Shown here in pieces: positions 14,178 to 27,127 of a stretch of DNA of 64,000 nucleotides. The DNA is taken from positions 37,014,001-37,078,000 of the forward strand of contig OX597835.1 in NCBI GenBank assembly GCA_951406725.2, written 5' to 3'. Each line of letters opens with the position of its first letter. Within the stretch, counting starts at the first letter, position 1. The notes beneath the pieces were generated by a model. The model saw nothing but the letters and a program-made list of their open reading frames with translations, was not told the origin of the DNA and searched no databases. Origin of the DNA: Octopus vulgaris. Taxonomy: Eukaryota. The position numbers and the translations under genes are program-made.

Positions 14178-14902
14178 TCCCGCGCTTGTTAGCCCAAGTA
14201 TATATTGATCGAACGGTGTGTATATTTTTGCTATACTGTAAACTTATATTCGGTTACACACAGACGCACACACACACACGCACATACACACACACGCGCA
14301 CACGCATCCGCGCGCACTTTACCTCTCGCACACACGCATGCACTTCTAAAGAACACTTGAACTTGTCACGTGACCGTGTTATGAAACTGTGTTTTGGAAA
14401 AAAAACAAAAAACCGTTCGTAACATAATTAGTTGCGTATTTGCATGTTTGCGCTTGTTTTTGCCTGTGACTGTGCTTAACCCGAGAAGGTCTGCGATGCT
14501 GTTTAACTCTGAGTCAACCTCTACCGAGCAGGCCTGGCTATGTATGATCAAAAGCTGTCTATCCCGATCATATTTTGTCTTTTATTCGAGGGCGATTTGG
14601 TTGCTATTTTTAGCGATCTCATCACAGACTGCCTCGTTGGATCCTGTACCTTGGTTTTTGTTTGTACATGCATTATATCTTATTTAAGTAAACATTAGTA
14701 TCTGTCTCCTCATCTCTCTCTCATGCTTGTTTGTTGTATTTGTATCTTTCTGCTGGTTCCTGTCATTGACCTACAGCTAAAAGTACTATAAATCGATCAT
14801 ATCGACTCCATTTGATAGATTATTCCAGTCTGCTATTGATTTTACCGGTGTGTAGTTAGAGAATACCCTCATTATCTTTCGAAATCACACACTGAATTGC
14901 AA

Positions 14903-14961
<59 letters not shown>

Positions 14962-15078
14962 TTATGTTCCGTTATTATAAAAACAATTTTACTTTTATTT
15001 TGATGGGTTACTCTATACTTTTGTGGAGTACAAATTTATTATTCTTAAACATGAATATTATTGATAGTGACTTCGAAA

Positions 15079-15390
15079 TTTCCGCCAGTTAAGCAATCAT
15101 CGGTCTCTCCCTCCCCCTCTCTTCCTCCACACACACACATATGTATATATAAACACCCACTTGACCTTCCGCTGTCCACAATCCCAGATGAACCTATATC
15201 TGAAATTACGGCGGCAATATCAAACTCTGTTATTCTTCCAAAGCCAGCCACATAAGAATGGTTCATCTGGGATTGTGGACAGCGGGAAAGTCAATTGTGT
15301 ATTTATATATACACATATATATGTATGTTTGTGTGTGTGTTGAGGAAGAGAAAGGGAGGGAGAAACCGACGATTGCTTAACTGGCGGAAA
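15079..15390. mobile_element. MITE-like inverted-repeat element
   Basis: Imperfect arms of ~115-130 bp, TTTCCGCCAGTTAAGCAATC... and ...GATTGCTTAACTGGCGGAAA, around a ~65-bp spacer. Confidence 0.65.
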
Positions 15391-15663
15391 AGGCAATGAA
15401 AATGGTGGTGCCCCAGCTTGGCCGTATTTTTGGGGCTGGAACACGTGAAGGAGAATAGATATAAAATATATTTCACACACACGTTATGTGGACACCCTTA
15501 TGCTAGAAATAGATCCGCTATGGTCTTACCCCTAAGAAATGTTCTCAGGAAAAATTTAGCAAAACAACCAAAACGTAATCGAGCAAGACAAAAGGAAAAG
15601 CAATAAAAATATTGATTATCGATGTTAATTAAATTAATATCTAATTTCTCACCCTCATTTTAA

Positions 15664-15701
<38 letters not shown>

Positions 15702-16074
15702 TATATAATGAAATTGTGTATAGTGCTCAAATGCACAACACATACATATGTATGTATATAAAATGAATGTATGTATACATATAATTTTGTTTCATATACT
15801 GTAGTAAAAGATACCCTAAACGCGCGCTCACACACACACAATGTCGGTTGTGTGTTTTGTTGTTAGTGAAGGTCTTTGTTTTGAGTGAGTTGTGTGTTTG
15901 TGTGTTGGAACTTTTAGTGTTTGTTTAGTGTTTCGTTGCTCTGAGTTCAAGTTCTGCCGGTTATTGGTATCGATTATCTCCTTGGTGGTACTGGGATGGA
16001 TGGAGGAAGGCAGCTGTTTATGAGATGGTCAGATAGAAAGTGCAGAGCAGATGTTGGAAGACAACCAGACAATT

Positions 16075-16820
16075 AGAGAGAATGATGGACGAAGTTGTGA
16101 AGTAAGGAGGAGGAGGAGGGAAAAGGTGGAGAGAGAGAGGGGGAGAGAAGAAAATATAGAGGTGACAGACATGGGTGGAGGAGTGTGAGATGGTGATGAG
16201 GCAGTGAAAGCTTGAGAGAGGGGGAGATGTAAAAGGCAGATGTAGACATCAGAGAGGAGTTATATGAACTGATGTTGTGGGGAAGTATGGATATATATAG
16301 AGAGGGAGGGAGTAAAGACAGTGATAAAGAGAGAGTAAAGACATTGCTAGAGAGGGAAAGATAGAATAAAAGCATTGAGGAAGAAAGTAAAGATATTGAT
16401 GGGAAAAGAGAGAGACAGAGAGAAAGAAAGAAGTTGATGGAGAGAGGTGATAGTAAAGAAGCTGATGATAGTAAGATATTGATGATGGTGGTATAGAGAG
16501 AGACAGTAAAGATGTTGAGAGAGAGAGAGAGAGTGTGTGTAAAGATATTGAGAGGGAGAGAGAGAGTGTGTGTAAAGCTATTGAGAGAGAAAGAGTAAAG
16601 ATATTGAGAGAGAGAGAGAGAGTAACGGTTGCTAGAGAGAGAGAGAATAAAAACATTGAAGAAGAGAGTAAAGATAGAGATGGGAAGAGAGAGAGAGAGA
16701 CAAAGAAAGTAAAGACATTGCTAGGGAGAAAGAAAGTGATTGAAGGAGAGAGAGTAAAGGTACTGATGATGAGAAAAAAGTAAAGATATTGATGAGGGGA
16801 GAGAGAGAGAGAGAGAGATT
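16075..16820. repeat. Purine-rich (GA)n minisatellite-like tract
   Basis: Repeated AGAGTAAAGATATTGAGAGAG-type units. Confidence 0.85.
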
Positions 16821-17289
16821 GATGGATGGATGGCCATGGAGAGAAAATAAATATGCTTGCAGTGGCAGATGATTGAAGAAACGAGGAAAAAAACCCTGGT
16901 TGGAGAGTATGAGTGAAGTATCCGTTTGTCTGTCTGTCTGTCTGTCTTCCTCCTTTCTTGTTCTGTCTGTGCATGCACATCACATTAGCCGCCTCTTCTC
17001 CCATTAATATCATTAAAGGAGAGATAAAAAAGAAAAGGAAAGGAAATATATCAATATCAATAATTGGCAGGACTTGAACTCAAAACAATGAGCATTGAAG
17101 AAGCGAACAACAAACCTAATCAAATGAATATTATAGACTGTGAAAGTTGCTTCTTTTGATCACTTTTAACAGAGCCATTTAGATAATAACATTACTATTG
17201 CTACTGCTACTACTACTACTACAAATGATAACTTATGCTGGTTTCAAATTTTGGTAGATGGCCAGTGATTTGGTGGGAAGGGAGTAAGT

Positions 17290-17810
17290 CAATTGCATCC
17301 ACCCCAGTAATCAACTGGTACTTATTTTATCAACCCCGAAAGTGATGAAAAGCAAAGTCGACCTCGGCGGATTTTGCATTCAGAACATAAAGGCAGACGA
17401 AATACCTATTTCTTTACAACCCTCAAGGGGCTAAACACAGGGAGGACAAACAAGGACAGACAAACAGATTAAGTTGATTACATCGACCCCAGTGCGTAAC
17501 TGGTACTTAATTTATTGACCCCAAAAGGATGAAAGGCAAAGCCGACCTCGGCAGATTTTGAATTCAGAACGTAAAGAGAGACAAAATACCTATTTCTTTA
17601 CTACCCACAAGGGATTGGGACAAACAAAGACAGACAAACGGATTAAGTCGATTACATCGATCCCAGTGTGTAACTGGTACTTAATTTATCGACCCCGAGA
17701 GGATGAAAGGCAAAGTTGACCTCGGCGAAATTTGAACTCAGAACGTAACGGCAGACGAAATACGGCTACGCATTTCGCCCAGCGTGCTAACGTTTCTGCC
17801 AGCTCGCCAG
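17290..17810 (-). mobile_element. Head-to-tail array of three SINE family B bodies
   Basis: Three ~180-bp iterations of CCCAGT..AACTGGTACTT..GATGAAA..CAAAG..GACCTCGG; the head is at ~17800. Confidence 0.8.
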
Positions 17811-18611
17811 CATTTTGCCTGGCATGTTAACAATTCTTTTCTACTCTAGTCACAAGGCTCGAAATTTTGGGGGAGTGGGGGGCGGCCAGTCGATGAGATC
17901 GACTCCAGTACACAACTGGTACTTAATCTATTGACCCCGAAAGGATGAAAGGCAAAGTTGAACTCGGAGCGTAAAGACAGACGAAGCACCGCTAAGCATT
18001 TTGCCTGGTGTGCTAACAATTCTGCCAGCTCACCACCTTAATAATAATAATAATAATAATTCTTTTTACTGTAGGCACAAGGCCTGAAATTTTTCTAGTG
18101 GATGAAGCTAGTTGATTATATCGACCCACCCCACCCTCAATCCCAGTAGTCAACTGCTACTTTTTTCATCAACCCCCAAAAGGATAAAAGGCAAAGTTGA
18201 CCTTGGTGGAATTTGAACTTAGAAGCATTTTGTCCGACATGATAATGATTCTGCCAGTTCATCGCCTTAGTATAAATAATAATAATAATCATAATAATGA
18301 TTAATTCTTTTATTGGCCACAAGGGCTGACAACAATTAATTATAACATAAAGGGACAAAACACAGGACGAAATTTACAAAGGATTTTGTGGGCTACAGCA
18401 AATATTGTGCTCAATACCACAGATTTTCTTGTCATTTGTTTGACAATAACCAGTTGAGCATGTCCCTTAGTACTTATTCTATCAGTCTTTTTTGCCAAAC
18501 TGCTAAGTTAGAGATGTAGACACACCAACACTAGTTGTCAAGTGGTGATGGGACAAGCACACACATACACACATGTATATATATGTGTGTGTGTATATAT
18601 ATGAATATATA

Positions 18612-18655
<44 letters not shown>

Positions 18656-18811
18656 AGATAAGAAAATGGAGAAATACATCTAAATCAAACATCAATTACC
18701 AGATAATACTCAATCACATACTTTATTAAACCACCACATAAGAGACTGTAGGGTTAAATATAAACAGGTAGAAGATTTGGGTCCAGACATGGCCAGTTTA
18801 AATACTAAAGG

Positions 18812-19247
18812 GTTGAACTGGCCATCTGTGCATCATACATCATGTATATACATTGTTGATTGGCCAGTTACTGCAATATCTGTCCAGAAATAACATCTTA
18901 TTGACTTGCTATGTTAAATACACAAGTACCAGAGACGGAGATCCATCTCAGCAGTGACCAGTGAGTGTTCTAGATGTATTTTGGCCCTTTTCAATGGCAC
19001 ATACTTGCAACCAATTACATGCTTGGACGAGAATTCATTTCTGATTTTGGAACAACAGTATAAAACATTGAAAAGACCACAGAAGGCGAAAGTGCATCTG
19101 GTGCCATTTTTGTTGGCCACAATGGGAAGAATTCTTGTCTGGTATTTATTGCATTTTTAACACAGCAAGTCCGTAAGTGATGTTATTTTAGGACAGATAC
19201 TGCAGTATTTGGCCTATCAACTGTGATACATAGATGGCTATTTCAAT
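18812..19247. mobile_element. MITE with imperfect terminal inverted repeats
   Basis: TTGAACTGGCCATCTGTGCATCA versus TGATACATAGATGGCTATTTCAA, plus an inner IR TACTGCAATATCTGTCC / GGACAGATACTGCAGTA. Confidence 0.55.
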
Positions 19248-19817
19248 TAAATACTATCTCAGTTATGTATACTAGACTTTTACTATTTGTTTTGTTTGGT
19301 TGTTTTACTATAATCTTTCTGAGGAATGGTTCTGTGGAATGAAGATGCCATTTTTAGCTTAGCATTGGATAGTAGAAATAAATGGGGGATTAAAAAACAC
19401 AGAGACAGATCTTTTTGTTTAACCCCAGGAGATGGTTAGGAAATATAATAAGGGTCCCTGCTTGAAATATATTTAAAAAAATGGAAGCAATTTTTTCAGA
19501 TTTATCACAGAATTTGGGAGTATCTGAACAAATGAGCAGCAGATGTTGATGATGATGATGATGATCCTATCTAGTATAGGCACAACGTCTGAAATTTGAA
19601 TGGGGGGAAGCAGATAGCCGGTTACATCGATCCCCAGCATTCAACTGGTACTTACCTTATCAACACCAGAAAGGATGAAAGACAACCAACTCTTTGAACT
19701 CAAAGCATGAAGTTGGAAGAAGCGCCACCTACACATTTTGTGTGGTGTACTGGTGATTCTCCTGGGTCGCCACCTTTAGAAGCAATAATAATGGATAAGG
19801 ACTGATAACATTAAACA

Positions 19818-20040
19818 GAGGCGCAATGGCCCAGTGGTTAGGGCAGCGGACTCGCAGTCATAGGATCGCGGTTTCGATTCCTGGACTGGGCGTTGTGAGT
19901 GTTTATTGAGTAAAAACACCTAAAAGCTCCACAAAACTCTGGCAGGGGATGGTGGCAACCCCTGCTGTACTCTTTCACCACAACTTTCTCTAATGGCAGT
20001 GCCCCAGCATGGCCACAGCTCGTGAGCTGAAACTAGATTT
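19818..20040 (+). mobile_element. tRNA-derived SINE family C head with family-A-like tail
   Basis: GAGGCGCAATGGCCCAGTGGTTAGGGCAGCGGACTCGC...GGTTTCGATTCC followed by GTGCCCCAGCATGGCC. Confidence 0.7.
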
Positions 20041-20569
20041 AAAAAAAAAAGAGAGAATATAACAATGACTTGAACTTTAGGATGCACAAAGTTTGATAAC
20101 AATAACTGATTACAGGATCTGTGATTGTCATATTCTGCTTTCACTGTTTGTACGTGTGTGTGTGTATACCTACACATTTATGCATGGTGGACTCTCCTGT
20201 CATACATGGCAGATAAGGATCCCATTCATTCTTGCTGCTGAAGAGCCTGCACAAGTGATTTGTTTATAGTGATCAAATGTGTGTGCTGCACATTATCTCA
20301 CTCACTCTATCAAAACGGCATTACCTGTGCAGGTGCACGGTGTAGCACATGTCAATCTTATTTCTTTATTGCCCACAAGAGGCATAAATTGAATATTAAT
20401 TTAATTAACATCAATTTAAAACCAGTGGCCTAGCATGTAGAAAAATCTGAAAATTCAGAAAAATTGTATTACATGCGTATAAGAGGGAAGACCACCAAGT
20501 GGACATCCAATATGCTAGAAATAGATCACCTATCCCTGTGTTACTAGAGCCATGTGTAATTGTGCAGAG

Positions 20570-21280
20570 TCTTACTGAAACCATATGGCCTTCCATTACT
20601 TACACTGTCTATCCAGGGCTTAACAATTAATTCCAGGACCTCAATGTAGGCATCAGAGTTAACTCTAAGGCATCACATATCCTTCATTGCTGACAGCCCC
20701 TAAAACCATTGCAGTTGCAGGAAATTTTGTATGCATAACACTTGAAACTTCAGATGGGTCTGCACATAACCATCTGTCATTTCTTCTGTTAATTTTTTGA
20801 TCTTGGTCAGAGTTTTTCTCGTTTGAGAAAAACCAAATCAAATCTTCTTCTCCTCGATTTTTCAGTTTGTTTAAGAGTCTTTTAGATCGGATGTGATTTT
20901 CTTTTGCTTTTTCTGACAAATAGACCTTTCTTCATCATATAAGACTTATATCTGATGTCTTCGTGGACAACATTTCTGACTGGTCCTTCTGACACATGGA
21001 GATCTTTTGCAATTGACCTCATGGATGTTCTGGGATTGTAATCAATGGTCTGTTGAACTGGTTGGATAAATTCAGGTGTTCTGATGATTTCAGAGAATTT
21101 AGAAAGCTTTTTATGCTTTGATACTGGTGATACAAACCACGATAACAGCATGTCTCTTCGTTTCTTGATTAAGCTGAGGGTCTGCCATTAGTATTTTCTG
21201 AAACAAAGATTATACAAAGTTAACAAAAAATGCAGGAGTGACCCCAAAAAAGTATGTCCCCAAATACCTTACACACCCTG
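20570..21280 (-). mobile_element. 3'-truncated maT/Bmmar1-like (DD37D) Tc1-mariner relic
   Basis: WFFSNEKN..QDQKINRRNDRWL..VMHTKFPATAMVLGAVSNEG, RVNSDAYIEVLELIVKPW; terminal TA|CAGGGTG at 21280. Confidence 0.75.
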
Positions 21281-21286
21281 TATATG

Positions 21287-21754
21287 TAGGTGCAGAAGTG
21301 GCTGTGTGGTAAGACGCTTGCTTCCCAATCACATAGTTCCGGGTTAAGTCCCACTGCGTGGCACCTTTGGAAAGTGTCTTCTGTTAATCCACGGGCTGAC
21401 CAAAGCCATTTGGTTGATGGAAACTGAAAGAAGCCTGTGGTATATATGTATATGTTTGTGTCTGTGTTTGTCCTCCCACCATCACTTGACAACCAATGTT
21501 GGTGTGTTTACATACCCTTAACTTAGCAGTTCGGCAAAAGAGACCAATGGAATAAGTACTAGGCTTGCAAAGAATAAGTCCTGGGGTCGATTTGTTCGAC
21601 TAATGGTGGTGCTCCAGCATGGCTGCAATCAAATGAGTGGAACAAACAAACAAATAAGACTAGACTATATATATACATACACACACAGACACATGAAATG
21701 ATGTATATATGTCTATGTATGCAAGTATGTGTGTGATGGGTACACACACACATT

Positions 21755-21807
<53 letters not shown>

Positions 21808-22208
21808 CACCCTTTTACTTTTTTCAGTCATGTGACTGTGGCCATGCTGGAGCACCGCCTTTGGTCGAGCAAATCGACCCCAGGACTTTTTCTTTGTAAG
21901 CCTAGTACTTATTATATCGGTCTCTTTTGCCAAACCGCTAAGTTACGGGGAGGTAAACACATCAGCATCGGTTGTCAAGCAATGTTGGAGGGGACAAACA
22001 CAGACACACAAACATATACATACACATATATATATATATATACATATATACGACAGGCTTCTTTAAGTTTCCGTCTACCAAATCCACTCACAAGGCTTTG
22101 GTCGGCCCGAGGCTATAGTAGAAGACATTTGCCCAAGATGCCATGCAGTGGGACTGAACCCGGAACCATGTGGTTGGTTAGCAAGCTACTTACCACACAG
22201 CCACTCCT
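21287..22208. mobile_element. Two SINE A copies in inverted (tail-to-tail) orientation
   Basis: Plus copy at ~21287-21655 and minus copy at ~21812-22208. Confidence 0.8.
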
Positions 22209-22749
22209 ATATATATATAAACTAAACAGGGAGATGTAAGAAAGCTACACACCTAAGCTCAGTGAAAGAAAGGTAGGCTTCTATTGAATAGTGAGGGTGG
22301 AGTGATAATATGGGGGTAGGGTGGAGGAGGAGAGGGATAATATAAGTAAACAGGTAGGTAGGTGGTGGGGAAAGTGGGGCGGGGGGGCGAGTAGATAGTG
22401 AGAGGAGTTAAACAAATAGCACAGGTGGTAGTCATGGTGGTTGAAAGTTATATTTAATTGCTCAGGTAATGGAGACAAGCTGCGTTCCAAATTACTTTAC
22501 CTGTGTGTGTGTGTGTCTTATTCTCTTCTCTCTCTACCTCAGTCTTCTAACATTTTGTTGCATATCATTCAAAAATATGAGATACCTGTTACCTGAAGCC
22601 ATTGTAAAAGATGCTTGCTCAAGGTACTGTGCGCTAGGACTAAAGCTGAAACCACATAACCGGGAAATGAGCTTCTTAACCACATAGTCACACCTGTAAC
22701 CATTCATAATTCCATGCAGCAAGTAGTGTTTATATATATATGTGTGTAT

Positions 22750-23051
22750 ATCACTGTGACCGACCAGGCTATCAGATGTTGCTACACATCGCTGGTCACA
22801 ATGCGCTTCGTATTGTCTTAGCCTTCAAGTGACGCCACCCCGCTGGCTAAGCGAGCAGGCCAACAGAAGAAAGAGTGAGAGAAAGTTATGGCGAAAGAGT
22901 ACAGCAGGGATTGCCACCACCCTCTGCCGGAGCCTCGTGGAGCTTTAGATGTTTTCGCTCAATAAACACTCACAACGCCCAGTCTGGGAATCGAAACCGC
23001 AATCCTACGACCGCGAGTCCGCTGCTCTAACCACTAGGCCATTGCGCCTCC
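22750..23051 (-). mobile_element. SINE family C, full copy
   Basis: tRNA-like head at 23051; tail shared with 36455-36761. Confidence 0.8.
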
Positions 23052-23054
23052 ACC

Positions 23055-23100
<46 letters not shown>

Positions 23101-23102
<2 letters not shown>

Positions 23103-23545
23103 TCATCATCATCATCGTTTAACATCCGCTTTCCATGCTAGCATGGGTTGGGCGGTTCGACTGGGGTCTGGGAAGCCAGAAGGCTGCACCAGGCTCCAGT
23201 CTGATCTGGCAGTGTTTCTACAGCTGTATGCCCTTCCTAACGCCAACCACTCCGTGAGTGTAGTGGGTGCTTTTTATGTGTCACCAGCAAAGGTGCCAAG
23301 GGAGGCTGGCAACGGCCACGATCGGTTGGTGCTTTTTACGTGCCACCATCATCATCATCATCATCGTCGTCGTTTAACGTCCGTTCTCCATGCTAGCATG
23401 GGTTGGGCGGTTCGACCGGGGTCTGGGAAGCCAGAAGGCTGCACCAGGCTCCAGTCTGATCTGGCAGTGTTTCTACAGCTGGATGCCCTTCCTAACGCCA
23501 ACCACTCCGTGAGTGTAGTGGGTGCTTTTTACGTGCCACCTGCAC
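23101..23545 (-). mobile_element. Two tandem family D SINE copies with (GAT)n tails
   Basis: Duplicated CATCATCGTTTAAC..CCATGCTAGCATGGGTTGG..GCCCTTCCTAACGCC. Confidence 0.75.
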
Positions 23546-23825
23546 CATATATATAGGTATGTATGTATATAAAGGTGCAGGAGTGGCTGTGTGGTAAGTA
23601 TTTGCTTACCAACCACATAGTTCCAGGTTCATTCCTATTGTGTGGCACCTTGGGCAAGTTATTTCTACTATAGCCTCGGGCCGACCAAAGCCCTGTGAGT
23701 GGATTTGGTAGACGGAAACCTAAAGAAGCCCGTCGTATGTATATATATATATATATATGTTGATTCGTTAGCTACTGCACGCATTTTTTTCTCTCCTTCT
23801 TTCTGTGTTTTTCTCTCTCTGTGTA

Positions 23826-23863
23826 TCTTTCTGTTGAAGAGCGTAGGCTCGAAACGTTAAAGA
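23826..23863 (+). ncRNA. Minimal hammerhead-like motif (non-canonical position 6)
   Basis: TCTTT-CTGTTGA-A-GAGC(GTAG)GCTC-GAAACGTT-AAAGA. A related fragment lies at ~690-712. Confidence 0.4.
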
Positions 23864-23960
23864 CTTGTTTTATTTATATTTCCTGAGCGCCATACTAATA
23901 CAATTGTTCGTTTGTTTTCCACCTGCCTTCGTCTTTTGTTTATTTTCATAAAGCTTCCCG

Positions 23961-24009
<49 letters not shown>

Positions 24010-26052
24010 TGTGTGTCTGTATTTGTCCCCCCAACATTGCTTGACAACTGATGTTGGAGAGTTTACTTCTCCATAGCTTAGTGGTTCGGCAAAAGAGACC
24101 AATAGATTAAGTACCAGGCTTCCAAAGAATAAGTCCTGGAGTCCATTTGCTCGACTAAAGGCGGTACTCCAGCATGGCTGCGGTCAAATGACTGAAACAA
24201 GTAAAAGAGAGTAAAGAATATATGTATGTATTTATTGTATTCTATCTTGTTTCAGTCATTAGACCGCAGCCATGCTGGAGCACCACCTTTATTCGAGCAA
24301 ATGGACCTCAGGACTTATTCTTTGGAAGCCTGGTACTTATTCTATCGGTCTCTTTTGCCGACCATGAGGAATGTTATGTCATATGTATCAACCCCAATAC
24401 TTACTTTTTGAAAGCCTGGCACTTATTGTATCAGTCTCTTTTGCTGTGCTGCTAAGTTATGAGGACATAAACACACCAACACCAGTTGCCGAGTGGTAAT
24501 GGGGAGATGAACATGCATAGATATATGCACATATAGCCCCGTGTGGGCAATAAAGAAATATATATAAACAGTGGGCTTCTTTCTGTTTCCGTCTACCAAA
24601 TCCACTCACAAGGCTTTGGTTGGCCCAAGGATATAGTTGAAAACATTTGCCCAAGATGCTATGAACCTGGAACCATGTGGTTTGGAAGCAAGCTTCTTAC
24701 CACACATCCACACCTGCACCTATATATGACTGGCTTCCGTGGTGGTGGCCATTGCCAGCCTTCCCTGGCACCTGTGCTGGTGGCATGTAAAAAGCACCAT
24801 CTGTACGTGGTCGATGCCAGCACCACCTTGACCGGCTTCCGTGCCGGTGGCACGTAAAAAGCACCCACTACACTCACGGAGTGGTTGGCATTAGGAAGGG
24901 CATCCAGCTGTAGAAACACTGTCAGATCAGACTGGAGCCTCGTGCAGCCTCTTGGCTTCCCAGATCCCGGTCAAACTGTCCAACCCATGCCAGCATGGAA
25001 AGCAGACGTTCAACGATGATGATGATATATTATCTTTTTTTTATTTTTATTTTACCTGTTTCAGTCATTAGACTGCAGCCCATGCTTTGGCACCGCTTTG
25101 AAGAAAATTTAGTTTTCCCAAATAACTGGGAAGTACACAGCCATGCCTGCGGCACCGATAAGCTGAAGTTGGTAACTTCAGTCACCTAAGTGTCCTAATT
25201 AGCTGTAGTTATTTACGGCTGTTGTGAAAATGGTGTAACCGGAGTAAGAGTGGAATAGGAAACGGCAAGAGTGCTGTTACTTCTTGTGGAAACCAAGAGC
25301 TGCTTGCATGGGTAAAGCCCTGACTTTCTGCTGCTAGTGTACAAAAGTGTTAGGTTACATGGTAAGTAAATATGAATACAGGCGTGCGCAGGCATCGCTG
25401 TGTGGTAAGAAGCCTGCTTCCCAACCACATTGTTCCAGGTTCAGTCCCACTGTATGGCACCTTCAGCAAGTGTGTTCTGCTATAGCCTTAGGCTGACCAA
25501 AGCCTTGTGAGTGGACTTGGTAGTTGTGGAAACTGAGAGAAGACCATCGTATATATATATATATATATTGTGTGTGTGTGTGTTTGTTCCCACCACCGTC
25601 ACCATCACTTGACAACCGATGTTGGTGTGATTATGTTCCTGTAACATTAGCGGTTCAGCAAAAGAGACCGATAGAATAAGTACTGAGGGTTGGCTTGTTC
25701 GACTAAAGGCGGTGCTCCAGCATGGCCGCAGTCAACTGAGTGAAACAAATAACAGAATGAAGGAATATTGAATGCTATAGACATGCAGAGACAGGAAACC
25801 AGTGAGGTGCAAACGCTTCGCTGGATAATGTTAGCGAGTATCAACAACAAGGAGCAAGAATTTTTTAGCGAAAAACTAGGAATGACAGAGTGGTTGTATA
25901 CTGTCAACTTAACGTGACAGTCCCGTAAAGGGAATTACACCACTGCTATTTAGCCCTAGGAAGCATCGTCGCTTCCTGTCGGCTTTGATACATTACCTGT
26001 GTCCTTATATTTGTGAAGGGGAGACAAGCACCCCCACCAGCTAGGCCTGCAT

Positions 26053-26092
26053 CTAGAGACTAGTTTCTGAGTCTTGCTCGTCATCAGTCTGG
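26053..26092 (-). ncRNA. Type-I hammerhead ribozyme (copy 1)
   Basis: CCAGA-CTGATGA-CGAG(CAAGA)CTCA-GAAAC-TA-GTC-TCTAG; predicted cleavage after C at 26058. Confidence 0.7.
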
Positions 26093-26402
26093 CGCAGCAA
26101 GACCTGCTAGCTGCAGATGTTTGCCAAGCCTTTGCAATTATATATATTTTCAGTGAAATCTAATCACTGATCACCAAAATTAGAAATATTAAATTTCTAA
26201 ATATCTCAGAGAGATATGAGTAGTGGTGGGGGGGATAGTGTACTTGTATACTGTTGACTTAATGTGACAGTCCCGTAAAGGGAATCACACCGCTGCTATT
26301 TAACCCTAGGAAGCATTGTTGCTTCCTGTCGGCTTTGATACATTACCTGTGTCCTTATATTTGCAAAGGGGAGACAAGCACCCCCACCAGCTAGGGCCTG
26401 CA

Positions 26403-26448
26403 CCTAGAGACATGCATGTTTCTGAGTCTCGCTCGTCATCAGTCTAGG
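26403..26448 (-). ncRNA. Type-I hammerhead ribozyme (copy 2, intact core)
   Basis: CCTAGA-CTGATGA-CGAG(CGAGA)CTCA-GAAAC-ATGCAT-GTC-TCTAGG: 6-bp stem I, palindromic stem III, GUC site at 26409. Confidence 0.85.
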
Positions 26449-26470
26449 GTAGCAAGGCCTGCTAGCTGAG

Positions 26471-27127
26471 TGTATCTTTATTATGATCATGGTGATCTTA
26501 TATAGAATGGGATAATACAGGACAAACAAAAGACAAAGATGTTACATGAGTTCGCATGATATAAATGTTAAAAATTTACTTAAATAATATGTATTTTATA
26601 TATCGTTTGAATTTTCCTTTAAATAGAACTTTGATTTAAACTGAAACTAAATCAAAGAAAGACACAAACGAAACATTATGGGTCACACCCGGCAGCCTGT
26701 AAGGCCCAGCAACGAACTTTTCCTTTCCTCAATGATTAAGCTGGGTTACTAACACCCACCATTTTCCTCACATCCTTCCATCGTTTCTTGAATACTCTCG
26801 GTGGCAGGGTCCTCCTCTCCAGCCCCATCTTGCTCTTCAGATGGTATCTGAAGTAGGTTAGCAAACCGGGGCCTGAGATGAAAGACCCTTTCACCGCACC
26901 TTCCATTCTCGTTCTCCAGATGCACTCTTTCAATATTGCAGCCGTACAGTAAAAACATGCCTTACCTTCCTCTGTGAGTCCAGCTGGCGGTATCATCTTT
27001 ATCATAGATTCAGCTGACAGCTGTACTCACCCCAAATGCGACAACACGTGTTCGACGTAACTTATCAAGCTAGTTAGCTCCTGACATTGTACAATAGCGT
27101 GCTGGACAGTTTCCTTGTCACGTCGGC
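26471..27127 (-). mobile_element. 5'-truncated L1/Tx1-like LINE 3' end with 16-bp TSD
   Basis: Peptide CRRDKETVQHAIVQC (end of a zf-RVT-like CCHC) then KECIWRTR..FRYHLK..ER..FKKRW. The 3' UTR ends AATAAAGATACA. AGGCCTGCTAGCTGAG is duplicated at 26455-26470 and 27128-27143. Confidence 0.8.

Noticed and set aside
16869-16906. Possible first coding exon MIEETRKKTLVG with phase-2 GA|GTATGA donor compatible with 33115
   Set aside because: No polypyrimidine tract or promoter evidence and it lies beside a GA tract; could be chance, needs RNA-seq.
19818-19890. tRNA-like sequences at SINE C heads
   Set aside because: No complete cloverleaf or acceptor stem; they continue into SINE bodies.
20234-20348. 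CTGAAGA with long paired CCTGCACA/TGTGCAGG stem
   Set aside because: No GAAA segment; at best a decayed hammerhead.
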